Shown here piece by piece: positions 1-9,014 of a DNA stretch of 64,000 nt. The stretch is from a virus: positions 32,001 to 96,000 of IMG/VR virus record IMGVR_UViG_3300017646_000001; one strand, given 5' to 3'. The number at the start of each line of letters is the position of its first letter. The stretch's first letter is position 1. The notes under the pieces are model-generated. The model was not told the origin of the DNA. It saw only the letters and a program-made list of their open reading frames with translations, and made no database searches. A program made the translations under genes and the position numbers.

Positions 1-1
1 T

Positions 2-295
2 CAAGGCCCTATTAACGGCATAATTGAAAACGTAAATGTATCTACGAGTCGTCCAGATACTTGGTCCCCTACTGGCGCTAATATAGCTAGCGCGGATCGA
101 TCCTGCTGGTGGCAAGTAGATTTCGGCTATCGTAAACAGATTGCAGAAATATACCTAGTAGCGAGGCAAAGCTTAGATAGGGTGCCAACCAGTGTGGCTA
201 TTATGTATAGTGATGACGGAGAAAACTGGGCGGACGCTCTGGTAGCCTCTGGATTGACTTATGCTTCGGACACCACCCCCACTAGGATATACTAA
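2..295 (+). CDS. C-terminal part (5'-truncated) of a discoidin/F5/8 type C carbohydrate-binding domain protein, probably tail/virion
   Basis: Frame +2 is open from 2 to TAA at 293-295 and reads ...WWQVDFGYRKQIAEIYLVAR...MYSDDGENW..., the typical discoidin pattern. TAATG overlap with the next gene. Confidence 0.7.
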   Translation, partial: QGPINGIIENVNVSTSRPDTWSPTGANIASADRSCWWQVDFGYRKQIAEIYLVARQSLDRVPTSVAIMYSDDGENWADALVASGLTYASDTTPTRIY

Positions 296-1941
296 TGCCG
301 TTTAAGGTCATTTCCTACCTACCACAAGTTGTTTGGTCCGAGATTCTGCTCGACAAGACGGATGTAGCTCAGTTAATGGCCCAGGTGGTGGCGGGTTCGA
401 CTGGTCCTGTGCCGGCTACTGCCGTGCGGGCGGCTCAGCTAGCAGTTCAAGTGGTGACCAGTTCTAGCACCGTACTGCCTAACCCGCCAACCAAGTTTTA
501 TCAACAGCAGCAGTTCGCTCTCATACAAACCGAGCCGCCAGAATACACAGCCGTTCATCAGATAGAACACCTGGCGCTATGGGAAGACCCTATAATACCT
601 GGTACTAACGCGTTCCAGGTGCAACAGCTGGCTCTGGCGGTTACTGAACCGCCCATTCCTAACATTCTGAACCAGGTTAGCCAGTTAGCCTTATATAATG
701 AATTTCCGTTTGGCAACACCGAGCTCTATCAGCAGTCCACACTAGCGCTCATACTAATTGAGCCCCCGCCACTGATGGAGTTTCGTCAGCTATCCAGCGT
801 GCGAAGTGCGGCGGTAGCCAAAGACTCTCCTAACCCCAACTATATTCTGTCGCATCGCACTCAACTTTCCGCGATTAAACAGCTGGCAGAATCTGCAGTT
901 AAAGCCGATCCCGAAGAGATTCAGTCGCACACCGCTTTGTTGATGTTAGCAATACAGCGTGTAAAACCCGTTGTGATGCTAAACCCTGACTCTATTTTTG
1001 GTAGTGTGATTCAGCAGTCCGTCGTGCGTCAAGCCGTTCGAACCAAAGCCAAGTCTAACCCGGAAGACGTAATAGCGGCCTCACATTTGTATCAAAGCAC
1101 GCGCATGTCGGCGATAGGGTTGTTAAAATCCGATCCCAATAACGTGTTTTCTACCCAGGCATTGTACTTACAAGCACGTTTATTGCTCGCGTCTTCGGCC
1201 AAAGCGAATCCTAATTCAGTCATTTCAGCGCGTTCATTGCGGTCGGTTTCCAAGCAGGTAGTCAGGCCTCAAGTTTTATCCGACCCAGAATTCATTAGCT
1301 CACCTACTAAGCTGCTACATCAAGCGCTTCAGGTGGTGATTTCCACGGATTTCCGCAATCCTTCGGGTATTAATTCTAATACCAATCATTTTTACACAGC
1401 CAAGTTTTTAGCTGAGTCTAAAAACATGGTTGATCCGTCTGAAATTATTTCATACTCACAACTCCGGTATACGGCCAAGTTGAGCCCCGTGTCTAAGCCC
1501 ATGCTGGACCCTGACTCTGTGGTTTCTCAGCGTCGTTTGTATTCAGCACGCAAGATGTTTGTTCGGCCTGTCGAAATGCCAGATCCGGCTCAAACAGTAT
1601 CCCCCCAACAGGCGCGCGCAAACAATCGGCACGTTGCCGTAGCGCTAAATATGTTAGACCCGGGTCGAATCCTAAGCCACCGTCGCGTGATGTCCATGCT
1701 ACGTCAAATCTCGTCGAATAAGACGATGCCCGACCCTAATCAGGTGGTGGAAGGGCTGCAGCACTGGAGCGTGGGGCGTTGCACGGCTATTGCTAAGGAA
1801 ATGCGAAACCCAGCTAGCATTATTCCGTTCACTACTCACCACGTTGCTCGCCGGCTTATAGCCGAAAGTAAGATTATGCCTAACCCCAACGTAATGGGAG
1901 CGTCTAACATTCCCGTTACCATAATCAACATCTTGCGCTAA
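295..1941 (+). CDS. Repeat-rich putative virion/tail-associated protein (about 15 x 25-aa [DN]P repeats)
   Basis: 548-aa ORF. [DN]P-x2-[IV]-x-S recurs every 25 aa over the C-terminal two-thirds; the N-terminal part has Q-x2-QLAL...EPP repeats. Confidence 0.6.
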   Translation: MPFKVISYLPQVVWSEILLDKTDVAQLMAQVVAGSTGPVPATAVRAAQLAVQVVTSSSTVLPNPPTKFYQQQQFALIQTEPPEYTAVHQIEHLALWEDPIIPGTNAFQVQQLALAVTEPPIPNILNQVSQLALYNEFPFGNTELYQQSTLALILIEPPPLMEFRQLSSVRSAAVAKDSPNPNYILSHRTQLSAIKQLAESAVKADPEEIQSHTALLMLAIQRVKPVVMLNPDSIFGSVIQQSVVRQAVRTKAKSNPEDVIAASHLYQSTRMSAIGLLKSDPNNVFSTQALYLQARLLLASSAKANPNSVISARSLRSVSKQVVRPQVLSDPEFISSPTKLLHQALQVVISTDFRNPSGINSNTNHFYTAKFLAESKNMVDPSEIISYSQLRYTAKLSPVSKPMLDPDSVVSQRRLYSARKMFVRPVEMPDPAQTVSPQQARANNRHVAVALNMLDPGRILSHRRVMSMLRQISSNKTMPDPNQVVEGLQHWSVGRCTAIAKEMRNPASIIPFTTHHVARRLIAESKIMPNPNVMGASNIPVTIINILR

Positions 1942-1943
1942 AT

Positions 1944-2366
1944 ATGCTTACGTGGTTTAAGTTTGCCTGGGACAATCGAGCCAACATTGCACTCGCCCTG
2001 CTTTTGTTGGCTGTAGGCGTGCAAACCTACCGTTTGGAATCTTCTCAGGAAGACTACACTAGGCTGGAGACTCAACACAATCAGGTTAAGCTAGACCTCA
2101 AAACCGCTAAGGAAGCTAACCAGATCTTAGCTACGGCGGTACGTCAAAACAACGAGGCCATTATAGAGCTATCTCGGCAACGACAAAGCCTGGATACGGC
2201 GCTTCTATTTGCACAAGACCAGAACCGCGCCGTGGAATCGCAACTAGCCACTACTCTGAAGCGTATTCAGGATGCTGATGTATCCGACAACGCGGAAGAA
2301 GCCATCCAATGGAGCTCGGAGATGAATAATGAATTGGCGAATGCTTGGAACCGCGCTGCTCGTTAG
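1944..2366 (+). CDS. Inner-membrane spanin (Rz-like)
   Basis: Single N-terminal TM helix (NIALALLLLAVGV) followed by a long coiled coil; overlaps a downstream lipoprotein gene. Confidence 0.75.
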   Translation: MLTWFKFAWDNRANIALALLLLAVGVQTYRLESSQEDYTRLETQHNQVKLDLKTAKEANQILATAVRQNNEAIIELSRQRQSLDTALLFAQDQNRAVESQLATTLKRIQDADVSDNAEEAIQWSSEMNNELANAWNRAAR

Positions 2367-2649
2367 TGTACTAACCGGGTGTAGCACTGCGTCTGAACCG
2401 CACACGGTGTTCCAACCCACTGAAGTGATAGTAGCCGAAGTCTCCGCTGCGAAAGAAATCCAGCTTCCTGCTCGACCCGTTTTGGCCATAGTGCCCGCTA
2501 CTGAAAAGCGGGACAGTCAAAAGGTTAAGATCATACAGTCCAACCTACAGCGTGTCTCCTCCTATGCACAACAGCTAGAGAACCTTATCTTGGAGTATAA
2601 CAAAGCTATACGGCGCAATGCCGCGTCATCTCCAGGAACACAGGAATAA
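2329..2649 (+). CDS. Outer-membrane spanin lipoprotein (Rz1-like)
   Basis: Lipobox LLVSVLTG-C, a Pro-containing mature part, and overlap with the 3' end of the i-spanin. Confidence 0.75.
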   Translation: MNWRMLGTALLVSVLTGCSTASEPHTVFQPTEVIVAEVSAAKEIQLPARPVLAIVPATEKRDSQKVKIIQSNLQRVSSYAQQLENLILEYNKAIRRNAASSPGTQE

Positions 2650-2876
2650 TGGACTACTCGGACGAAGCCACTCAACAAGAAGAACTTAACCTGCGCGTGG
2701 CTGCAGCCAATCAAGCCGCCCGTGCTGCGCAATCTCGGTTACGGCCATGCGGCCGTTGTTATTATTGCAACGAACCCGTAGCCGCTTCAGGATTATTTTG
2801 TGATGAGCATTGTCGGGACGACTACGAGGCCGAACAGCGTATTCGCGCTAATCAAGGCTTGCGCCGCGTGCATTGA
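2649..2876 (+). CDS. DksA/TraR-like zinc-finger protein
   Basis: N-terminal DxxDxA (DYSDEA) helix, then CYYC...CDEHC zinc finger. Confidence 0.55.
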   Translation: MDYSDEATQQEELNLRVAAANQAARAAQSRLRPCGRCYYCNEPVAASGLFCDEHCRDDYEAEQRIRANQGLRRVH

Positions 2877-3371
2877 CTACGAAGCGTTGATGAGCATACG
2901 GGTAATGGCGTCCACTGGCATACCGTCCAGGGTGCGCACGCCCCACAGTCGGCATATTTGAATCGCGTGTTGTATTAGAATGCCGTTGTGCTCGGTGGCT
3001 TTCACAGTACGTCGGTCAATTGCTGCGCAGTCACCTACGGGCAATCCAGCTTGCAGTATAGCAATAGCAGGCCATTGGCCCTCATTCACGCCATACTCAG
3101 CGCGTAGCTTGTGATAAAGATGGGTATTGGTTTGTTCTCGCGAACAGTCTAAAGACCAATAGTCCGCTCTGCCGTCTTGCCCTAACCACCGCAAGGCTAA
3201 TTGTAAAGCTTGGGGTACGCCGTAGGCAATGATGCGCGCTTTGTGCTCACGAGCTAAGCCTAGTATCAACTGCGCGCCCGAATTATCCAAGCTGTTTTGA
3301 TAAAAGGCCGATCTCGTTGGATCGGCCAAGCCTGGGGCGTAAACCAACAGCGCAGGCTGGGTGGTTGTCAC
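2877..3371 (-). CDS. Hypothetical protein
   Basis: 164-aa ORF in a chain of overlapping or abutting minus-strand genes. Confidence 0.55.
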   Translation of the reverse strand: MTTTQPALLVYAPGLADPTRSAFYQNSLDNSGAQLILGLAREHKARIIAYGVPQALQLALRWLGQDGRADYWSLDCSREQTNTHLYHKLRAEYGVNEGQWPAIAILQAGLPVGDCAAIDRRTVKATEHNGILIQHAIQICRLWGVRTLDGMPVDAITRMLINAS

Positions 3372-3595
3372 GCTGGACTCCCGAATTCAACCTTGAGTTC
3401 TTCGGGCAGGTGTTCCCAAGCGAATCGGCGCAGCAGGTCGAACGAGACGCTGCTGGCCGTAACGGATTCCTTGCGGAAGCGCAGCGTTGGGTGCTGCCGG
3501 CGGGCGAAAATCAGCATGCCCATAGCACGTACATGTTCCATGTTCTTCGGATCGAAGTCCACTTCGTTCATGGCGGGGTCTTTGAGAATAGCCAC
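3368..3595 (-). CDS. Hypothetical protein
   Basis: 75-aa ORF with a 4-bp overlap to the next gene. Confidence 0.55.
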   Translation of the reverse strand: MAILKDPAMNEVDFDPKNMEHVRAMGMLIFARRQHPTLRFRKESVTASSVSFDLLRRFAWEHLPEELKVEFGSPA

Positions 3596-3597
3596 GG

Positions 3598-3849
3598 TTA
3601 TGCCTCCAGTTTGAGGGCTTGACTTAGCATCAAACCCAGATTGTGAAAGTACAGAGCCGAGCGCGGCGCGCCTTCAGGCTCTGTGGGAAAACGAATGTAA
3701 CCGTCCCGCCCTACTGCGCCAGTAGGGGCTACTGTAGCGAATTCGTGCAGGCCGGCTTTGTTTTGACGCACTACAGCCTTGACTTGGCCTTGATACCGGC
3801 ACAGCAGGCCATTCATGGAAGATACGAAACTCCACTTGGACTTCATCAC
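3598..3849 (-). CDS. Hypothetical protein
   Basis: 83-aa ORF, tightly packed in the operon. Confidence 0.55.
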   Translation of the reverse strand: MMKSKWSFVSSMNGLLCRYQGQVKAVVRQNKAGLHEFATVAPTGAVGRDGYIRFPTEPEGAPRSALYFHNLGLMLSQALKLEA

Positions 3850-4199
3850 GCCACCCAGTACTCTAGCGCGCGCTTTTCGGGCAGCGGGATGGACAGAATG
3901 TGCGACAAGTATGCCATGCCACGGGGCTCCAGCGTCACGCTTTCGATCACGGGTCCGCTGCTGGGACCGCCATCCACTGCAACATTAATCAACTGATTGG
4001 ACAGCAGCTGTTGGATGGCTATTTGTTGGGCTTCCGTCTGCGCGCGTCGGCTGGATGGAATGTAGTCGGGCAGGACGCTGCGCACGTGAGCAGATAGCAG
4101 AATCTCTAACTGCATCGGGGTCACGACGACAGTGTTGTTAGAGATTAGGACGTGCTCTTTGCCCACTTGACACAAGGTTTTCATGGTTGAATTTTGCAC
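3846..4199 (-). CDS. Hypothetical protein
   Basis: 117-aa ORF, tightly packed in the operon. Confidence 0.55.
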   Translation of the reverse strand: MQNSTMKTLCQVGKEHVLISNNTVVVTPMQLEILLSAHVRSVLPDYIPSSRRAQTEAQQIAIQQLLSNQLINVAVDGGPSSGPVIESVTLEPRGMAYLSHILSIPLPEKRALEYWVA

Positions 4200-4519
4200 G
4201 AAGTATACTCCTTCTGGTTGGCGATCCGGGCCAGTTGGCCTGCGTACTTCATCAAACGCTCGCGTACCAGGGAAATTCGTCCTGGAGTCAGAGAACCAAA
4301 ACGCAGTAGGTATTGCGCCTGCACGGTCATGGCTTTGGCGTCAAAAGCGTTGAATCCGACGCCGTTGTGCTCCAGGGTCTCTTGCGCGCCACGCTCCTGG
4401 TCGGTCTGAAGCCGATAAATAGCCAGGAGACCCCGCTCCACCGCTCGATCGCGAGCGGCGAGCATCTCCTGTATGGCTTCTTTCGTCCAGGCCCGACGCG
4501 GTTGGGCTCGGGCCGTCAT
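4181..4519 (-). CDS. Conserved-looking phage hypothetical protein
   Basis: 112-aa ORF with motif RGLLAIY..QT..E...T.EHNGVGFN..DA...KYAGQL. Confidence 0.65.
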   Translation of the reverse strand: MTARAQPRRAWTKEAIQEMLAARDRAVERGLLAIYRLQTDQERGAQETLEHNGVGFNAFDAKAMTVQAQYLLRFGSLTPGRISLVRERLMKYAGQLARIANQKEYTSCKIQP

Positions 4520-4522
4520 GGC

Positions 4523-5062
4523 TTAGGCCTCGACTGCGTTCGGTCGACCCCAGAGGCTTTCGGCCAGCTTAGCCAGCTTGCGGCGCAGCTCGGGAATCTT
4601 GCCGCTCGACCCGTTGGCGCGCGGCTTGAAGCCCATCCAGAGCACGATGTCGCCGATCTTTTCGGGTTCGAAGTCACCCAGAATTTCGACCGAGCGCAAC
4701 AGGTTTTGGTCGTTGTAGTATTGGTCCAGTTCTTCCAGTCGGCAGACAGCGTACAGGAACTTGCGCTCCTGCTCGTCGCCCGCGTCGTGCAGACGCTGGA
4801 CCAGTTGGTTGAACAGCACAAGGTCCAGGGCCGACGTCTGGCGCTCGTCTTCGAACAGATGCTTTTGGTCGTCCCAGTGGTCGGTGGCTTCACGGGCCGT
4901 GTACTGGCGGTGATAGTCGATGGCGTGGTTGCGCGCCGACGTGTGATCCTTGCCCAGGCACACCCGGGCATAGCGGTATTCTTCTTGGAAGATGGACGTG
5001 GTTTTGACGGTCGAGTCGGAAGCGGATTGGACGACGTTGGAGAGGGAGTCGTAGCGTGACAT
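4523..5062 (-). CDS. Hypothetical protein
   Basis: 179-aa ORF with strong GC3 codon bias. Confidence 0.65.
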   Translation of the reverse strand: MSRYDSLSNVVQSASDSTVKTTSIFQEEYRYARVCLGKDHTSARNHAIDYHRQYTAREATDHWDDQKHLFEDERQTSALDLVLFNQLVQRLHDAGDEQERKFLYAVCRLEELDQYYNDQNLLRSVEILGDFEPEKIGDIVLWMGFKPRANGSSGKIPELRRKLAKLAESLWGRPNAVEA

Positions 5063-5097
5063 AGTATGTGCTCGTCTGTGGTCTGTGTGGATAGGGA

Positions 5098-5697
5098 TTA
5101 GGCCAGGTTCAGCTTCGCACCCTTCTTGATCAGGGCGCGGGCGCGGATCGTGATGTTCATCTTGATCAGGCCGTACTGACGACCTTCCGCCTTGTAGGCC
5201 GCGATCGTGGCGAGATAGTCATCTTCGATCTCGGGCGGCAGAGCCATGCCCCGCACTTTCGCACCCAGCGTGTCGTAGTCGGTTGCACCGCGCAGGTACA
5301 CGGCCAACGCGTCACCCACGTCCCTCTTGCCTGCCGTCTTGGCGTTGGCCGGCTTCTTGACCGGAGCGGCTTCCACTGCTTCTTCTTGCTTGCCTGCCTC
5401 GATGGCGTCGTCCTGCTTGGCTTTCACTTCCACCGCACCCGCCGCCTTGAGGCCGGCGTCGGCAGCGGCTTGAGCCTCTACCAGGGTCAACTCGCTGGGA
5501 CGGAATTCGGCGCGGTAGCCATCTTCCACACGCTCAGCAAAGATGCGAAAGCCGACGCCCATCGGACGCGCACCGATCACTTTGTACTCGCGGTCGAACA
5601 CCGAAACGGACAGGCCCAGTTCGGCCGGCTTACCGCCAATCATGGCGCGCTTGCCCGAGCTGTTCACGAAGGTGGTGGGGATGGTCTTGGTCGTCAT
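5098..5697 (-). CDS. Hypothetical protein (Ala/Lys-rich), first gene after an early promoter
   Basis: 199-aa ORF with an AGGAG RBS just upstream. Confidence 0.7.
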   Translation of the reverse strand: MTTKTIPTTFVNSSGKRAMIGGKPAELGLSVSVFDREYKVIGARPMGVGFRIFAERVEDGYRAEFRPSELTLVEAQAAADAGLKAAGAVEVKAKQDDAIEAGKQEEAVEAAPVKKPANAKTAGKRDVGDALAVYLRGATDYDTLGAKVRGMALPPEIEDDYLATIAAYKAEGRQYGLIKMNITIRARALIKKGAKLNLA

Positions 5698-5754
5698 GTT
5701 AATCTCCTAGAGGAAAGGGGCGAAGGATGCTGTGGGAGTGCTCCTTCAGATTAA

Positions 5755-5783
5755 ATTATAACATGACTTTGCGTCTTACGCAA
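5755..5783 (-). promoter_or_regulatory. Sigma70-type promoter with extended -10
   Basis: Minus strand reads TTGCGT-N17-TATAAT with TGT before the -10; it points into the 5697->2877 gene block. Confidence 0.75.
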
Positions 5784-5876
5784 CCCCTGAAAGTTGCTTG
5801 AAAGACAAGAATTTTCACTGAAGACCCATGTTCTTCATCGTGACTCGAAGTCATATCAGAATTTTCTTCGTAATGT

Positions 5877-5948
5877 TTTCAAGTTTGATGAAGGACAAGG
5901 CACTTCGAGATATATTCTAAAAAATCTTGTCCTTCATCAAACTTGAAA
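5877..5948. repeat. Perfect 23-bp inverted repeat with 26-bp spacer
   Basis: TTTCAAGTTTGATGAAGGACAAG (5877-5899) / CTTGTCCTTCATCAAACTTGAAA (5926-5948). Confidence 0.9.
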
Positions 5949-5987
5949 TTATAAGCGCCGCTTCAGAACGTTGCGTCGACGCAACGT

Positions 5988-6953
5988 TCATAATATGGAC
6001 AACGAGTGTGACCGGGCTAAATGCAGCATGCGGTCCCAACTGCGCTGATCCATATCCTTTAGTCCTACTAATATAGACCGAGTGGAATTGTTCACCGGCA
6101 GCATATGCTTGCGCGTGTGGCGCAGCCACCGATCAAAACCCATGGAGTTCGGGTCTTGGCCCATGGGCAGCACCGCTATAGACACCTGTTTGCCTGCCGG
6201 CAGTAAGCTCTCAGCTGAATTCATTAATGCTTCGATCTCTCCCCCGTCGTATACTATGCAGATGTGTTCTACAGGCAGATCGGCAATAGCTCTTAGCTGT
6301 CGATAGGTAGCGCTCTTGCCATACGTGGCCACGCTACCCCAACCCGGCACACCGTGCGTGCTAATTGCGCTAAAGCATCCTTCTCCTACAAACACGCCTA
6401 CGTCGTTCGGTTGGCACAGTCTCAACCCATACACGGGCTTATCCGCTTTGGAGGGGGACACGTATTTGATTTTATCCGCTTCCAGATATCGGGCCTGGAA
6501 GAAATTGGTATATTGTCCATCCACCACATCGGGCAGCACGATCATGCGCTTGGGAAACTCGGCGGCGCGCATTTCCCAACGTGCGATGGTGTCTAGATCA
6601 AATCCGCGCTTTTGCGTTAAATATTCCAGCGCCCAGCCCACTTCATGAGCAGGTTGTGTCCAGGAGAGATTATATTTCTGTTCTTTGGGTTTCTTGCGTT
6701 CTTCAAGAGCAATATGGGATTCGTACAACTGGGTTACCGTGGGTACGGTATCATCCACGATTACCGTCTTGCACTTCTGGCAAGAGCCCACGCGCTTAAC
6801 AGGATTCCAGTATAGCCGCCGGCCCTTGTCTGGTTTGCCTCTAACCGACTCGCAGAATGGGCAGTTAATACTCCACTCGTGTGCAGTGCGATGCCATTCA
6901 CCCCGCACTTCCCAGAAAGAACGAGGCTTGGCTTTACGTTCCAAATAGGCCAT
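5988..6953 (-). CDS. DNA primase (zinc-binding + TOPRIM, DnaG-like)
   Basis: CPFC...CQKC zinc domain; TOPRIM motifs VGEGCFSAIS, YDGG, GQDPN. Confidence 0.85.
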   Translation of the reverse strand: MAYLERKAKPRSFWEVRGEWHRTAHEWSINCPFCESVRGKPDKGRRLYWNPVKRVGSCQKCKTVIVDDTVPTVTQLYESHIALEERKKPKEQKYNLSWTQPAHEVGWALEYLTQKRGFDLDTIARWEMRAAEFPKRMIVLPDVVDGQYTNFFQARYLEADKIKYVSPSKADKPVYGLRLCQPNDVGVFVGEGCFSAISTHGVPGWGSVATYGKSATYRQLRAIADLPVEHICIVYDGGEIEALMNSAESLLPAGKQVSIAVLPMGQDPNSMGFDRWLRHTRKHMLPVNNSTRSILVGLKDMDQRSWDRMLHLARSHSLSIL

Positions 6954-6957
6954 GGAG

Positions 6958-7509
6958 TTAGTAGAATTTCAGCTCAAGTTCAGAGTGATCTGCACGTACG
7001 CGGTGTCCAGACTCTCTGATACGGTTCCACAGCGCAATCTTTTCGCTAGCCGTCATGCGATAATCAGCTAGTTTATCCACCACTTCGTTAAACCGATTGC
7101 CGACGTGACCGCGCGTGTGCGCCCACCGTATTTTGAACCGTATTACTCCCATCATGATGGAGATGGCTTTCCACTCGGGTTGGTTTTTGATAATATCGCC
7201 GCCGTGGCCGCGCCAATCAGATTCTAACCAGTGTCGCAGTCTTAGAGCTGCGCCCTTGATTACGTATTCAGAGTCTGACACCACTATCAGCGAGTGATCA
7301 CGCGGCTTCTCTTTCCATTCATGGTAAGCGAGCAACCCTTGAATTACGGCGCGAAGTTCCATCTTGTTAGAAGTGGTATCTTCGATTGGCTGCTCGTTAT
7401 ATCCCACTCGATGGATATGACCGTCCATGACGACGGCGTAGCTCCAGCCACCCACCCGCTTGGTGTTGTGGCCAGAGCCGTCCGCGTAAACGTAGACCTC
7501 CTTATACAT
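6958..7509 (-). CDS. Ribonuclease HI
   Basis: YADGS, TSNKMELRAVI, SDSEYV, WAHTRGH.GN..NE.VD.LA motifs. Confidence 0.92.
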   Translation of the reverse strand: MYKEVYVYADGSGHNTKRVGGWSYAVVMDGHIHRVGYNEQPIEDTTSNKMELRAVIQGLLAYHEWKEKPRDHSLIVVSDSEYVIKGAALRLRHWLESDWRGHGGDIIKNQPEWKAISIMMGVIRFKIRWAHTRGHVGNRFNEVVDKLADYRMTASEKIALWNRIRESGHRVRADHSELELKFY

Positions 7510-9014
7510 CAGAAGCCCGCCGGGTTAGCCTGTGCCCACTCCTCGCGTTTCGGTGGCGCGTTCGGCGAATCATCGAACCGGCCCACCGTGCCAAGAGCGC
7601 CGACCGGACAAATCAGGTGCTGTTCAGCGCGAGTGACGCCCACATACAGCAAATTAAGCTCATTTTGCAGTGCGGATTGCTTGGCAGGAAACCCATCCAG
7701 CACATCGTAGTCGCTCTTAAACTCGCGATAGTCGTAGAAGTCATCGAGCAGTTCGACTCGCTCGTATTCTTGTCCCTTGGCTTTATGGCCCGTGCCGAAG
7801 ATCATGTCGGCTTCGCCGCGTCGTTCGGTAACGTTGGTGCGCACCCGTTCGACCAGGGTAGGGATTTTGTCCCGATAGGTTTCGACGAGGTTGTACAGGC
7901 CGTGAATCTCAGGATCGAGAGACAGCTTGGTGCCATTATCACGTTTGTGCGTCGTTTCCTCGACGTACTTCTTCAGTTCGCCGTAGCTCTTGAAGTTGTT
8001 CTTGATATACTGGTCTTTGATCGAGTAGACGTCGCCCTTCCACAGGTAGTAGACGTCCAGAATCGGATCGAACTTGTAGCCGTCCTTGCCGCCGATGAAG
8101 TACAGCCGCGAATCGGGTCGATCGTACACCTGTTGAATCATGCGCGCCATCAGGCCAGCGTTGGTGCGCCCCAGCACAGCCCACTGGCGCGTGGTCACTT
8201 CGCGCTCGGGCTTCATGCCCACGATCGGATGCTTGTTGCCGCGCACGTTCAGGATGCGGTTGGCAACATCGGCCACGCCTTGGTGAAAGCGCCAGCTCTG
8301 CGTCAGGTGAAACTCTGCGCCGTCCACCATTTCCAGCGCGTTCACTGCGCCCCGAAAGGCGTAAAGCTGTTGGAACTCGTCGCCGACCAGCAGTCGTTTG
8401 CGGTCCTGCTTGAGCAGAATGTCCAGCATCACAGGGTTCCAGTCCTGGGCCTCGTCGACCACGATCCAGTCGATATCCAACACCGGTTTGGACAATTGAT
8501 ACTGCTTGAGATACACATCGTGCGTGGCCGGAAACCGGTCGAGCGGGTTGGTAGCACGCTCCCACATGTCTTCCACGAACTTGCGCACCTTGGCGTTCGT
8601 CCGTTCCAGCAGATCGCTGAATTCTTCCATGGTCTTATCCGACGCCAGGAACGCATTGAAGGCTTCTTTGGTCTGATAGGCCAGGTAGTACTGATTCCGC
8701 CCCATGCCCAGGGTTTCGACGATTTCCTTGAGCCGGTAGGCGTTGATCAGCTTGTGCTTGAGCGCCCGGCCGGTATAGGCGAAGGCGTGCGCGTGCATCG
8801 TCGTGTTGTACGAGTTGGACGGCATACGCAGGTTGGCTTCCTGAGCCGTCGAACGGTTGAACACGACGTACATGAAGCTTTCATGCGGCCGCGCCAGCAT
8901 GAAGTTTTCGCACAGGGTAGTTTTACCGGTCCCGGCGCGAGCTTGCACCTTGATAACCGGTTCTTGGCATTGAATTACAGCAGCTTGTTCGCTGGTAGGC
9001 GAAAACTTGGACAT
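7509..9014 (-). CDS. UvrD-like SF1 helicase
   Basis: ARAGTGKT, VDEAQD, VGDEFQQLYAFRGA, LTQSWRF, HKAKGQEY, LYVGVTRA. Confidence 0.92.
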   Translation of the reverse strand: MSKFSPTSEQAAVIQCQEPVIKVQARAGTGKTTLCENFMLARPHESFMYVVFNRSTAQEANLRMPSNSYNTTMHAHAFAYTGRALKHKLINAYRLKEIVETLGMGRNQYYLAYQTKEAFNAFLASDKTMEEFSDLLERTNAKVRKFVEDMWERATNPLDRFPATHDVYLKQYQLSKPVLDIDWIVVDEAQDWNPVMLDILLKQDRKRLLVGDEFQQLYAFRGAVNALEMVDGAEFHLTQSWRFHQGVADVANRILNVRGNKHPIVGMKPEREVTTRQWAVLGRTNAGLMARMIQQVYDRPDSRLYFIGGKDGYKFDPILDVYYLWKGDVYSIKDQYIKNNFKSYGELKKYVEETTHKRDNGTKLSLDPEIHGLYNLVETYRDKIPTLVERVRTNVTERRGEADMIFGTGHKAKGQEYERVELLDDFYDYREFKSDYDVLDGFPAKQSALQNELNLLYVGVTRAEQHLICPVGALGTVGRFDDSPNAPPKREEWAQANPAGF

